Numbered from the stretch's first letter, positions 1 through 8,965 are shown. The stretch is 20,076 nucleotides of DNA from Candidatus Caldarchaeales archaeon (GCA_032249095.1 JAVVGN010000034.1:1-20076), one strand, 5' to 3'. Translations and numbers: made by a program. The notes: a model not told the origin generated them from the letters alone.

Positions 1-118
1 GCCAAAAGGTAGCGAAGAGAGACGAAAGAGCCCAGGAATTAAGCCACAAGGCATTTGGACACTATCGAGCTGGATGGAGAGATCCTTTTATAGCCCTTTC
101 GAGGGTCAATCTCTAGAA

Positions 119-514
119 ATGACGATATGGCATGGTGACCAGCATAAGAGGAAGAAGAGCGGGGGAAAGAAGGGGATACACCGGGGGAAGCGCCGCTTCG
201 AGAGGGGCCGCGACCAGGTCTATGCGCTCTTAGGCGACCCTGAGAGGGCCGTGATTAGGGTGAGGGGAGGGAAAGTCAAGCAGGTCCTCGTCTCCGATAG
301 GTTTGCAAACCTCTACGACCCAGGGAGCCGTAAGGTTGTGAGGACGGAGATCCTAGGCGTCAAGTCTAATCCTGCAAATAGAGACTTTGAGCGCAGAGGA
401 GTGATAACGCGTGGCGCGATAATCGAGACGAAGCTGGGGGACGCTAGGGTCACGTCAAAGCCTGGATCAGACGGAGTGGTCAACGCGGTGCTGATAAGCT
501 CGTCAGCCGCATGA
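119..514 (+). CDS. rps8e: 30S ribosomal protein S8e
   Basis: Lies in ORF 74-514. The internal ATG at 119 gives MTIWHGDQHKRKKSGGKKG..., the usual S8e N-terminus. The C-terminal part (RGAIIET...VTSKPGSDGVVNAVL) is also S8e-like. The stop overlaps the next start (ATGA at 511-514). Confidence 0.9.
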   Translation: MTIWHGDQHKRKKSGGKKGIHRGKRRFERGRDQVYALLGDPERAVIRVRGGKVKQVLVSDRFANLYDPGSRKVVRTEILGVKSNPANRDFERRGVITRGAIIETKLGDARVTSKPGSDGVVNAVLISSSAA

Positions 515-795
515 TTAGGAGAGAGGGATACTTAGTATGGATAAGATCGTTTGACGCTAGGAGGAGCAAGTCTGGGGGGAGGCGCGTCCCCGCAAATCTA
601 GCAGTCAAGAACCCCACACCTGAGATGATAGTTAAGGCTGCAGAGAGCCTCGGGTGGGGGGCGGAGCCCCTGCCTCTGAGCCACCCGTCTGAGTGGTGGA
701 GAAAAGGAGCCGCTGTTCTTATCAAGCCTCCGGCTGGGGTGACGAAGCATCGAGCGATCAGGCTTATCGCTCAGAAAATCCGGGGAGAGAGGTAA
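511..795 (+). CDS. srp19: Signal recognition particle protein SRP19
   Basis: 94 aa. The block RRSKSGGRRVPANLAVKNPTPEMIVKAAESLG matches the archaeal SRP19 pattern (S..eGRkVP...a...P...ei..a...LG). It overlaps S8e by 4 nt and shares a TAATG junction with the next gene. Confidence 0.85.
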   Translation: MIRREGYLVWIRSFDARRSKSGGRRVPANLAVKNPTPEMIVKAAESLGWGAEPLPLSHPSEWWRKGAAVLIKPPAGVTKHRAIRLIAQKIRGER

Positions 796-1049
796 TGAGT
801 GATACACATGTTGTGTTGGGTGAGGTGCTTAAAATTGTACGTGAATATGCAGTTGTTAAGGCCTCCAGCCTGCCAAGCCTCATGGAGCACGTTTATGATT
901 TAGAGGGCTCACATGTAGGTTACGTATCGGATGTCTTCGGACCCGTTAAAGGATTCTATGTGGTAGTTCGGATAGATCCCGGAGCGCCGAGACTCGCTCC
1001 TGGAGAGAAACTCTTCCTCAAGGCGAAGAAGGAGCAAGTCAAATCTTAA
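795..1049 (+). CDS. gar1: H/ACA RNP complex protein Gar1
   Basis: The internal ATG at 795 of ORF 693-1049 gives an 84-aa protein. It contains VGYVSDVFGPVKGFYVVV, the Gar1 hallmark (vG.V.DVFGPV..PY). The 5' part of the longer ORF overlaps SRP19 and is discounted. Confidence 0.8.
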   Translation: MSDTHVVLGEVLKIVREYAVVKASSLPSLMEHVYDLEGSHVGYVSDVFGPVKGFYVVVRIDPGAPRLAPGEKLFLKAKKEQVKS

Positions 1050-1057
1050 AGAACCAC

Positions 1058-1501
1058 CTAGCGTGCGGAGGCGACCTTCTTCAGGTTTGCGACAAGCTCC
1101 CGGACTTTAGACTTTGCCAGTTCCTGCATGATCCTCGCCCCGAGACTGGCCGCGACTCCTCCGACAGACACATCGGCAGCCCACTTCACGAGAGACTTTC
1201 CCTTCTCCTGCTCAATCAGGTCAAGGTCTATCCTGAGATCGACTGTTGACTGCATTCCAGTTCCGTGGCCAGTGACGGATATATGGCTTGGCGCCCGCAG
1301 GTCGGTGTACTTAAACAACATGCCAATATTCCCACTTAGCAGGCCTACCTTCAGCCTAAACTCTGCGTAAAAGCTCTCGGCGTCACGCGGCTCAAACTTC
1401 CTCAAATCAGGCAAAGCCCTCGACAACCTGCTAGGATCCGTCAGAAGCTTCCAGACACTTTCAGGAGGGGAAGGAACCTCGAAAGACCCCTCTAACCTCA
1501 T
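1058..1501 (-). CDS. SRPBCC-fold protein, CoxG (carbon monoxide dehydrogenase subunit G)-like
   Basis: 147 aa. The N-terminus MRLEGSFEVPSPPESVWKLLTDPSRLSRALPD follows the CoxG/SRPBCC pattern. It is divergent from a MoxR + VWA (CoxD/CoxE-like) pair, the usual genomic partners. Confidence 0.7.
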   Translation of the reverse strand: MRLEGSFEVPSPPESVWKLLTDPSRLSRALPDLRKFEPRDAESFYAEFRLKVGLLSGNIGMLFKYTDLRAPSHISVTGHGTGMQSTVDLRIDLDLIEQEKGKSLVKWAADVSVGGVAASLGARIMQELAKSKVRELVANLKKVASAR

Positions 1502-1574
1502 GTGTCCGTCAACTTAACATCCTCACACAGCTTTTTAACAATTTCTAAGAGGACTCTTCCACTCTTGTCGAGGG

Positions 1575-1587
1575 AAAAATTTTATTA
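1575..1587 (+). promoter_or_regulatory. TATA-box-like element upstream of the MoxR-type ATPase gene
   Basis: AAAAATTTTATTA sits about 30 nt upstream of the GTG at 1614. That spacing is typical of leaderless archaeal transcripts. Confidence 0.45.
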
Positions 1588-1613
1588 GGTCAGACTGAGG
1601 CTACTACGGTAGA

Positions 1614-2531
1614 GTGGTCGATAATTTGCGTGGAGCAGATCTCATAAAGAACTTATCTATTGATATGTTATTGAATAAGCTAGAAGAGCATCTATACGTC
1701 GCCGATAGGAGTCTCGCCACCGCTTTGTATCTCGCGATCAAGATGAAGAAGCCCCTCCTAATAGAGGGGGAGCCTGGCTGTGGGAAGACCGAGATCGCCA
1801 AGGTTTTAGCAGAGATCCTCGAGACTGATCTCATTAGGCTCCAGTGCTATGAGGGGCTAGACGCCTCGGACGCGATATACGAGTGGAACTATCCTAAGCA
1901 GCTGCTCTATATCAGGCTCCTAGAGAGCCAGGGAATTATGAAGGATGTAGAGTCAGAGATCTTCAGCGAAAGGTTCCTCCTTAAGAGGCCCCTCCTAGCA
2001 GCCATAATGCATGAGGGTGAAGTGCCCCCAGTGTTGTTGATCGACGAAATAGACCGCGCCGATGAGGAGTTCGAGGGCTTTCTGCTCGAGTTTTTGGCCG
2101 AGTTCCAGGCAACCATCCCCGAGATCGGAACCATCAAAGCGCGGCAGCAACCCATTGTAATACTCACCTCCAACAGGACGAGGGAGGTAGGCGATGGCTT
2201 GAAGAGGAGGTGTCTCTACTACTACCAATCATATCCAAGTCGGGAGAGGGAGCTCAAGATCTTGAAGCTTAAGGTAAGAGGCCTCCCCGACAACGTGGTG
2301 GAGAAGATCGTCGACTTCGTTAACCTGATCAGACAGAGGCAGGACATATTGAAGAAGCCGGGGATCTCTGAGTCTATTGACTGGGCCACAGCGCTCGCCA
2401 AACTCTCGGTCAAGGATTTAACTCGAGACATAATCCAGTCTACACTGCCATGCATCGTGAAGACTCAGGAGGATCTCCAGAGGCTGGACATTGACTCCAT
2501 GCTCTCTATGCTGGGAGGCAGGAGCACTTAA
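1614..2531 (+). CDS. MoxR-family AAA+ ATPase (CoxD-like)
   Basis: Walker A is GEPGCGKTE and Walker B is VLLIDEIDRADEE. The length (305 aa) and the immediately following VWA gene fit the MoxR-VWA pairing. The GTG start at 1614 fits the TATA spacing; an ATG at 1665 is an alternative. Confidence 0.85.
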   Translation: MVDNLRGADLIKNLSIDMLLNKLEEHLYVADRSLATALYLAIKMKKPLLIEGEPGCGKTEIAKVLAEILETDLIRLQCYEGLDASDAIYEWNYPKQLLYIRLLESQGIMKDVESEIFSERFLLKRPLLAAIMHEGEVPPVLLIDEIDRADEEFEGFLLEFLAEFQATIPEIGTIKARQQPIVILTSNRTREVGDGLKRRCLYYYQSYPSRERELKILKLKVRGLPDNVVEKIVDFVNLIRQRQDILKKPGISESIDWATALAKLSVKDLTRDIIQSTLPCIVKTQEDLQRLDIDSMLSMLGGRST

Positions 2532-2532
2532 G

Positions 2533-3690
2533 ATGAACCTCTATACGTTTGTGACAGATCTTTCCCGGGTTCTCCGTAAGTATGGGCTTAAGGTGGGCAT
2601 CTCAGAGTCGATAGATGCCTGTGAGGCGATATCACTAGTCGCCGGGGGAGGGGTACAGGATCTCTTGACTGCTATACGCGTCACAATGGTGAAGGATCCG
2701 ACGAGGTACCATCTAATTGAAGAGGCTATCCAGGAGGTCGCGTCGGGGGCTGGCGGAGGTGGGGATCGGGGCGAGAGCGAGGGGCAGGAGGGTGAGCAGG
2801 CTGGCTCTTGGCGTGGCGAGGCCCAAAGAGGTAAAGGCCAGGAGCAGGAGAGGGTGAGCACACAATACGTGATGTACAGCCCAGCGGAGGCCCTCCACAA
2901 GAGGACCCTCAGGCCCCTTGACGTAACCAAGCTCCGGACGGGCAGGCGTATCATAAGGAGGATGAAGAGGCGTTTGGCAGTTCTTCCGGGCCGACGCTCC
3001 AAATATTCAAAGCGTGGAGAAATAGAGTTTAAGCGGACCATAAGAGAGAGCTTCAAGACCTTCGGAGAGATAGTTGAGTTCAAGAGGACGCTGAAGACCC
3101 TCACGAGGGCGCGGCTAGTAGCCCTGATTGACATAAGCGGCTCCATGGACACTTATACCGACTGGCTCGTGAGGGCCATGTACCTGTTCAGCCGATTCAC
3201 TAGGCGCGTAGAGATTTTTGTATTCAGCACAAGGCTCAGGCGTGTGACCGACTACCTCCTCGTCTCCAATCTAGAGGAGATACGTAGACGGCTATCCGAG
3301 GAACTAGACCTGTGGGGGAGCGGAACAAGGATCGGATACTGCTTAAAGACCTTCCTCGAATCTTATGGTAACCTGGTTGATAAAACTTGGGTGGTTATAA
3401 TCGTGAGCGACGGGTGGGACACGGGAGAGCCCGAGCTGCTGAGAGAGAGTATAGAGATGCTGCGGCAGCGCGTGAGCAGGATTATCTGGCTCAACCCTCA
3501 CTCTGATAAGCCCGGCTTCAAGCCCCTCACCATAGGCATGCTGACTGCATTACCGTACATCGACATACTCGCAGGCACCAGCATCATGGAAGACTACCAC
3601 TCATTCCTCACATTCTTCGGCAAATCTATAAAGCCTATGAAGAGGTCTAGCTACCAGGCCAGATATGGTGTCTCAGCGAGGCCCATATAG
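2533..3690 (+). CDS. VWA domain protein (CoxE-like), partner of the MoxR ATPase
   Basis: The ATG at 2533 lies directly after the MoxR stop (2529-2531). A MIDAS motif is present (LIDISGSMD), and the C-terminal part has VIIVSDGWDTGEP...IIWLNPH, as in CoxE-family proteins. There is a Gly/Glu/Gln-rich low-complexity insert (GAGGGGDRGESEGQEGEQAG...). Confidence 0.8.
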   Translation: MNLYTFVTDLSRVLRKYGLKVGISESIDACEAISLVAGGGVQDLLTAIRVTMVKDPTRYHLIEEAIQEVASGAGGGGDRGESEGQEGEQAGSWRGEAQRGKGQEQERVSTQYVMYSPAEALHKRTLRPLDVTKLRTGRRIIRRMKRRLAVLPGRRSKYSKRGEIEFKRTIRESFKTFGEIVEFKRTLKTLTRARLVALIDISGSMDTYTDWLVRAMYLFSRFTRRVEIFVFSTRLRRVTDYLLVSNLEEIRRRLSEELDLWGSGTRIGYCLKTFLESYGNLVDKTWVVIIVSDGWDTGEPELLRESIEMLRQRVSRIIWLNPHSDKPGFKPLTIGMLTALPYIDILAGTSIMEDYHSFLTFFGKSIKPMKRSSYQARYGVSARPI

Positions 3691-4960
3691 AGCTATTACA
3701 GACTTCCGGGAGATAGGAGAGGTCCTAGAAGAGATACGCGCCAGAGTGCGCCCCCTGGTGCGAACCGTTTCCATGAGGACGCGCGACGCTGTGGGCATGG
3801 TTGTCGCGAGGGGGGTGATGGCGCCTAGAGACCACCCGCCTCTACATATGTCTCATATGGACGGGTTCGCTGTCAGAAGCACTGACATCAGGGACGCCTC
3901 TGAAGAGAGGCCTGTTTTCCTCAGGGTGGTCGGCTCGATAGGGCCTGGGCAGACCTCCGAGTTCCTTGAGAAGGGCTGCGCGGTGAGGATACACACGGGT
4001 GGCTACTTGCCGGAAGGGGCAGACGCCGTCATTAGGCAGGAGGAGATCGCCGTAGCCGATAGCGAAAAGATAGGAGTGACGCGCCCCATTGAGCCGATGG
4101 AGAACGTGGTACCAGCCGGGAGCGAGGTCAGGGAGGGAGAGGTGCTGGTCAGAAGTGGCGAGATCTTAGGGCCGGCTATGGCCTCTCTTCTTGAGACTCT
4201 GGGCATAGCTATGGTGGAGGTGAGAGCCCCCGTGAGAGTGGCCATAGTGTCGTTCGGGGACGAGCTCACTGAGGATCCGGAAGAGGTCCAGCGAGGGAAG
4301 CTCCTAAACTCACACGCCTACCTCGTGTACCACATGGTTAAGAGGCTTTTCTGCGACCCCATGAAACCCATCATCGTACCCGACGACCCAGGACAGATAA
4401 GGGAGGCGACAACTCGTTTACTAAGCAGCTCGGACTGTGTTTTGACGATAGGCGGCTCAAGCGTGGGCGATATCGACCTCGTTAGCGCCGAGCTCAAACG
4501 TCTAGCTGAGCTCTTCATACAGGGAATAAAGCTCCAGCCGGGGAGGGTGGGGGGAGCTGCGGTGATAGATGGGAAGCCGCTCATCATGCTTCCAGGGCTC
4601 ATACATTCCACCGTGAATGTTTTTAACTATCTGGCAGCCCCCATCTTAGCACATCTAGGCGGAACAAATATAGAGCAGTTTATGCTCAGGGTTAGGGCCT
4701 ACCTAGATTCCGAGATACACTTCCCTAAGAGACGAAACTTCGTCAGAGTCGTATGGGTTACTTTGTCGCGGAGAGGCGATGCCTACTACGCTCGGCCAAA
4801 CATAAGCGACGCGTCCAGCATAAGGAGCATCGCGGAGTCACACGGCTACGTAGAGATCCCCCCAATGGTTGTGGATCTAAAAGCTGGGCAGCCTGTCGAG
4901 GTCAAGATACCTCTCTGGCTAGCTGGATATGGCTTGAACATTTTCGGCAAGGCCTTGTAA
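3665..4960 (+). CDS. moeA: Molybdopterin molybdenumtransferase MoeA
   Basis: 431 aa. It has the motif HMSHMDGFAVRS (S.MDGfAv), IHTGGYLPEGADAVI, and a central TIGGSSVGDID MoCF-binding-like segment. It overlaps the VWA gene end by 26 nt. Confidence 0.85.
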   Translation: MVSQRGPYRAITDFREIGEVLEEIRARVRPLVRTVSMRTRDAVGMVVARGVMAPRDHPPLHMSHMDGFAVRSTDIRDASEERPVFLRVVGSIGPGQTSEFLEKGCAVRIHTGGYLPEGADAVIRQEEIAVADSEKIGVTRPIEPMENVVPAGSEVREGEVLVRSGEILGPAMASLLETLGIAMVEVRAPVRVAIVSFGDELTEDPEEVQRGKLLNSHAYLVYHMVKRLFCDPMKPIIVPDDPGQIREATTRLLSSSDCVLTIGGSSVGDIDLVSAELKRLAELFIQGIKLQPGRVGGAAVIDGKPLIMLPGLIHSTVNVFNYLAAPILAHLGGTNIEQFMLRVRAYLDSEIHFPKRRNFVRVVWVTLSRRGDAYYARPNISDASSIRSIAESHGYVEIPPMVVDLKAGQPVEVKIPLWLAGYGLNIFGKAL

Positions 4961-4962
4961 CA

Positions 4963-4970
4963 CTTAATAT
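4963..4970 (+). promoter_or_regulatory. TATA-box-like element upstream of orc1/cdc6
   Basis: CTTAATAT lies about 30 nt upstream of the TTG start at 4998, inside a 37-bp intergenic gap. Confidence 0.35.
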
Positions 4971-4997
4971 CCCTCGCTTCCAGAATTCATCAGGGCG

Positions 4998-6152
4998 TTG
5001 AGAATTTTCAAGAGCGAGGAGAAGCTTTCCCCCGAGTACGTGCCTCCGAGGCTACCCCATAGAGAGCGCGAACTCAGCCTCCTCGAGACCTTCTTCTCCA
5101 GCTACCTCGCGGGGCGACCGGCGGTGGCGGTGAGAGTGCTTTTGGTGGGCTCCGTAGGAACCGGAAAGACGGCTCTATGCAAGCTTTTTGGCAGACGACT
5201 TATGGAGGCGGTAAACTTTGCGAGATATGTCCACATAAACTGTAGAATCCATCCCACACTCAGCTCAATTCTCAAGAAGGTCGTAGAGTCTCTTGGGGCT
5301 CCTCTGCCAGTTAGGGGGCTATCGACCGAGGAGCTCGGGGGTAGATTGATGGATCTGCTTGAGAAGAAGAGGGTGCTGCTCGTCATCGGGCTCGATGAGT
5401 TCGACGGCTTCCTTCGAAACGATCCACAGGGCGTCTATAAGTTCCTGAGGCTGGGAGAGGAGAGGCAGGAGCTTGCACGCATCTCGACCATCGCGGTCAC
5501 GAGGAACATAGAGATCATGGACCAGCTCGATGAGGCTGTGCGAAGCATGTTCCAGGCAGGCGTGATGTATCTGGATGAGTATAGCGCGGATCAACTCAGC
5601 GATATAGTTGATTATAGGAGCTCGGAGGCGTTTCACGAAGGCGTTCTAAGCGAGGACGCTAAGTCCCTAATAGTGGATATCGCTGCAGAGCGGGGAGACG
5701 CTAGGTATGCGGTCGAACTGCTCTGGAGGTCGGGCAAGTATGCAGAGAACGAGGGTTCTCCCCGGATAACTCCGGAGCACGTCAGGAAGGCCGCGGCTAG
5801 CATATATCCCTCTATCAGGCGAGAAGTCCTCACGTTCACCTCCAGACACGAGAAGATGCTCCTGCTGGCCGCCTCAAGGTTTCTCCTGAACTCCGACCGC
5901 TCATACATCACATCCAGCGAGCTCTACCAAAACTACCGCGTGGTGTGCGAGGAGTACAAGGTAGCCCCCAAATCCTACACTAGGATCTGGGAGTATATGC
6001 AGAAGCTCGAGGACCTCGGCCTAATACGGATAAAGATATCGAGTAGCGGGGCGAGGGGGAGGAGAAGTCTGATCACTCTGCCGGGAATACCCGCATCGAT
6101 AATGGCTAGGGAGATCTCCGCCTTGCTCGAGTCGTCCTCGGACGAGGAGTAG
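4998..6152 (+). CDS. cdc6: ORC1-type DNA replication protein (Orc1/Cdc6)
   Basis: The N-terminus IFKSEEKLSPEYVPPRLPHRERELSLL is the archaeal Orc1/Cdc6 signature. Walker A is GSVGTGKTA and Walker B is LLVIGLDEFD. A C-terminal winged-helix-like region is present. The apparent start codon is TTG. Confidence 0.9.
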   Translation: MRIFKSEEKLSPEYVPPRLPHRERELSLLETFFSSYLAGRPAVAVRVLLVGSVGTGKTALCKLFGRRLMEAVNFARYVHINCRIHPTLSSILKKVVESLGAPLPVRGLSTEELGGRLMDLLEKKRVLLVIGLDEFDGFLRNDPQGVYKFLRLGEERQELARISTIAVTRNIEIMDQLDEAVRSMFQAGVMYLDEYSADQLSDIVDYRSSEAFHEGVLSEDAKSLIVDIAAERGDARYAVELLWRSGKYAENEGSPRITPEHVRKAAASIYPSIRREVLTFTSRHEKMLLLAASRFLLNSDRSYITSSELYQNYRVVCEEYKVAPKSYTRIWEYMQKLEDLGLIRIKISSSGARGRRSLITLPGIPASIMAREISALLESSSDEE

Positions 6153-7428
6153 CCGGTTCATGCTTGGGAGGCGCGGCCCGCTCCTTCTCTAACCCTCCAG
6201 CAGTGGTCCTCCCTACGAAGATCGTCTTTATGGCCTGAACCTCATCAGGATTCAGACCATAGTGCGCTGATATTCCTTGCTCGCCCCTACGCAACATCTC
6301 CGTAATGTAAGGAAGCATCTCTATCGCCGCCTTAACCCTCGACATCTTGGATTTCGCGGCTATCTTTGCAGTCGCCTCCTCGATCCTAGATCGAAGTTCC
6401 CTCGTCTGCTGCATGAACCGTATCTTGGAGGGAAACTCGAATCCTGCCCCTCTTTCGCCGCTAGCTGTCTTCACTATCCCGGGGCCAGCCCCCACGAGTG
6501 GTGTGATGTATCTGGTCAGGCCCCACATCTGGTACCTCTTCAGCCTGGCGTGATGATGATCGGCGTCGGCCAGTATCTTCAGCGCCTCTGCCAGCGCCTC
6601 CGGCTTCTGGTATTGTTTAAAGACGTTGTCGTAAACCCAAGTGAAGATCTGGTCGAGATCCAGCTCGGTGTTCATCGTTAATTGCCGGCCCTCAGAAGCC
6701 TTCTTGGCCCCAAAGACCGCGGCCAAGACATCGAAAGCGTTCTTCTCCCTATTCCTCTCACCTAGGTAGGCGAAAAGTAGCGAGGGGTTCGCCCTCATCG
6801 ATGATAATAACTGAAGATCATTTATCGCGGCCCTCATATCCCCCTCCGCCCTCTCCGAAATCTCCTTAAGCATTTCTTCATCAACCTCCAGCCCCTCTTT
6901 CTCTGCGATCACCTTTAGATGCCTCAATACCTCGTCCTTCCTCACCTTGCTGAACTTAATCATAGGCGCCAGCTCTCTCAGTGGGGCGAGTCTCGGGTCC
7001 CATGGGTCGTTAGCAACTAGGACTATCGGGACGCGCGACATCCTGATAAGCGAAGAAAGAACCGCCACCCCGCCTGCCGACTCTTTACCAGCGATTCCAT
7101 CAACCTCGTCCACAAGTATTATTCTCTTCCTTGTCCCAGCGATCGTGGTTTGGGAGGCGGAGGCCCCGACTAACGCCTTCAGCCTCTCACCACTCCTCTC
7201 GTCGCTCGCGTTTACTTCAACTAGATCCCACCTGTATTCGTTTGCGTAGGCCAGGACTAGGCTCGTCTTCCCCACACCCGGGGGCCCAACAAGCATAACG
7301 GCCTTCGATGATGGCGTGCCTCTCTCCCAGCCCCGCATCCACTCTAGAAACTGGTTGACGGCCTGCTTGTTTCCAACAACCTCTCGGACATATCTGGGCC
7401 GATACTTCTCAGTCCAGGGGATAGACAT
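6106..7428 (-). CDS. rfcL: Replication factor C large subunit
   Basis: The N-terminus is IPWTEKYRPRYVREVVGNKQAV. Walker A is VGPPGVGKTS and Walker B is IILVDEVDG. It lies 3 nt downstream of rfcS on the same strand. Its 3' end overlaps the orc1/cdc6 3' end by 47 nt. Confidence 0.9.
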   Translation of the reverse strand: MSIPWTEKYRPRYVREVVGNKQAVNQFLEWMRGWERGTPSSKAVMLVGPPGVGKTSLVLAYANEYRWDLVEVNASDERSGERLKALVGASASQTTIAGTRKRIILVDEVDGIAGKESAGGVAVLSSLIRMSRVPIVLVANDPWDPRLAPLRELAPMIKFSKVRKDEVLRHLKVIAEKEGLEVDEEMLKEISERAEGDMRAAINDLQLLSSMRANPSLLFAYLGERNREKNAFDVLAAVFGAKKASEGRQLTMNTELDLDQIFTWVYDNVFKQYQKPEALAEALKILADADHHHARLKRYQMWGLTRYITPLVGAGPGIVKTASGERGAGFEFPSKIRFMQQTRELRSRIEEATAKIAAKSKMSRVKAAIEMLPYITEMLRRGEQGISAHYGLNPDEVQAIKTIFVGRTTAGGLEKERAAPPKHEPATPRPRTTRARRRSP

Positions 7429-7431
7429 GTC

Positions 7432-8409
7432 CTACTTACTCTCGTGGGCGGCGGCGTATAGATGGGTCAGAAACATCATCAGCTGAAGCTCCGGGGTCGC
7501 GCCTTGGGATAGCCTGAAGTCAACCTCGCCGAGTAGCGAGATGAGTGTGAGCTTCTTATGCTCAGGAATATTCAGATAAAAGATCTCGCGATACATCTGT
7601 CCAATAAGGTCTCTCTCAGAGGCCCCGTTGACGTAGAGGATTGTTCTGAGCTGATTCCTCGCCTCCTCGAGTTTTCCCGCCACGGCAAACTCCATCAGCC
7701 TACGCACCTCGCCCCCCCACGCTATACCCGCAACCTGGTAGATCAGCGAGTCGTCTATATCTCTGCTATATGTAGAAGCCGTTTGTAGAATGTTTATACA
7801 GCGCCTCAGATCCCCCTCCGTAACTTCGTATAGAGCCTTCAACGCTTGGCTCGAAACCCGCAGTTTCTCCCTATTTGAGATCCTTTCTACTGCCAGCTTA
7901 ACGTTCTCGAACTCTATCGGCTTAAACTTGAAGACGGCACACCGCGACTGTATCGGCTCTATGATCCGGTTTGCATAGTTTGCCGCGAGTATGAAGCGGC
8001 ACGTCGCAGAGAACTGCTCCATAACCCTCCTGAAGGCGTGCTGTGCGTCTGCGGTGAGCATGTCCGCCTCGTCGAGTAACAGGATCTTAAACCCTATGCC
8101 GCCCATAGGGACGGTTCTTGCGAATCCCTTCACCTTCTCCCTAATCACGTCGATCCCTCTCTCGTCGCTTGCGTTTATCTCGAGAAAATGTCCATCATCT
8201 ATGTAGCGGGGTCCGAAGAGGTCTGCCGCGAAGGCGTGCGCCGTGGCGGTCTTACCTACTCCTGGAGGACCCGCGAACAGCATGTGTGGAGCCATGCGCG
8301 TCTTAACCATCGTTTGAAGGCTGGTCACGACCGCCTCTTGGTTTATGATGTCGGCCAGGGTTCTCGGCCTATACTTCTCTATCCAGGGGATTGTCTCCTG
8401 TAGAGCCAA
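7432..8409 (-). CDS. rfcS: Replication factor C small subunit
   Basis: The N-terminus is IPWIEKYRPRTLADIINQ. Walker A is AGPPGVGKTATA, the DEAD-type Walker B is LLLDEADMLT, and an SRC motif is present (IQSRCAVFKF). The apparent start codon is TTG (8409). Confidence 0.92.
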   Translation of the reverse strand: MALQETIPWIEKYRPRTLADIINQEAVVTSLQTMVKTRMAPHMLFAGPPGVGKTATAHAFAADLFGPRYIDDGHFLEINASDERGIDVIREKVKGFARTVPMGGIGFKILLLDEADMLTADAQHAFRRVMEQFSATCRFILAANYANRIIEPIQSRCAVFKFKPIEFENVKLAVERISNREKLRVSSQALKALYEVTEGDLRRCINILQTASTYSRDIDDSLIYQVAGIAWGGEVRRLMEFAVAGKLEEARNQLRTILYVNGASERDLIGQMYREIFYLNIPEHKKLTLISLLGEVDFRLSQGATPELQLMMFLTHLYAAAHESK

Positions 8410-8550
8410 CTGCCACCAAGCTTATCTCACCAGCCTACACTTTAGTTTTTGCATCTCAGGCAGGCGAAGAGCACCTTTGAGTAAAAACCTGGGATGCCTA
8501 GCCGGTCGATCTCTCGCCGTATATGTAGGTGAGCGTTATATAAGACCTCC

Positions 8551-8915
8551 TTATACAGGACGCCGTCCGCGGAACCCTCGCGCCTCACTCCGCCGAGATC
8601 TCGGTCTCCAGGCTATATATCCGCAGCTGCCACTGCCGACCTCCCTCATTGCCCTCACGACAGCCCTCTTTATCCCCGAGCCGTCGAAGGCCTCGCTCCT
8701 CTCATTCCTCTCAACAACCAGCAGCGATCAAAGACTCTTAGAACGTTATTTAACGAGTAGTGGCCCTCCTTTAGATGTCTATCATCCTCTAGCCGCTCCT
8801 CACCGTCTAAGGGTTGACAGTTTCCAGCGACTCTTTAAGCCCGGCCAGCCTCTAGCTTGCTATGAGTAGCGCGACGCCGTTCTTGGGGCCGCTCGTAGCT
8901 ACCAACGCTATGTTC
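8551..8915 (-). pseudogene. Possible decayed ORF remnant (unknown family)
   Basis: The minus strand gives protein-like stretches in three frames: NIALVATSGPKNGVALLIAS*, RLAGLKESLETVNP*, LDGEERLEDDRHLKEGHYSLNNVLRVFDRC, and VVERNERSEAFDGSGIKRAVVRAMREVGSGSCGYIA. They are broken by stops and frame changes, and no intact ORF of 60 aa or more exists on this strand. Confidence 0.25.
8593..8604. repeat. Perfect 12-bp palindrome CCGAGATCTCGG
   Basis: Read directly from the sequence inside the 556-bp non-coding gap. Its function is unknown. Confidence 0.5.
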
Positions 8916-8936
8916 AGTATTCTTGTTCACCCGCAC

Positions 8937-8947
8937 TTTTTTATAAG
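8937..8947 (+). promoter_or_regulatory. TATA box upstream of the 198-aa nuclease-fold gene
   Basis: TTTTTTATAAG is centred about 23 nt upstream of the ATG at 8966 (a second ATG lies at 8972). This is a leaderless-type arrangement. Confidence 0.5.
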
Positions 8948-8965
8948 TCTCCGTTCTCGCACTTC

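Noticed and set aside
2541-3152. 203-aa minus-strand ORF inside the VWA gene
   Set aside because: It is antisense to a gene with clear MIDAS/VWA motifs, and its composition is the typical Ser/Arg/Leu/Pro-rich shadow pattern.
4961-4997. Replication origin adjacent to orc1/cdc6
   Set aside because: Only 37 bp separate moeA from orc1/cdc6, and downstream the gene overlaps rfcL. I saw no ORB-like inverted repeats or AT-rich unwinding element here or in the 8410-8965 gap.
8345-8869. 174-aa plus-strand ORF spanning the rfcS start and the non-coding gap
   Set aside because: The composition is Ser/Leu/Arg/Pro-rich, typical of antisense or non-coding translation in GC-rich DNA. It overlaps the rfcS 5' end antisense and has no promoter-like element or motif.
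8873-8890. Possible att-like direct repeat: GACGCCGTTCTTGGGGCC (8873-8890) versus GTCGCGGCTCTTCTGGGC (14483-14500) at the two edges of the lower-GC block
   Set aside because: Only 12 of 18 positions match by eye, and the similarity fades quickly beyond that. This is too weak to distinguish from chance without a proper alignment and statistics.
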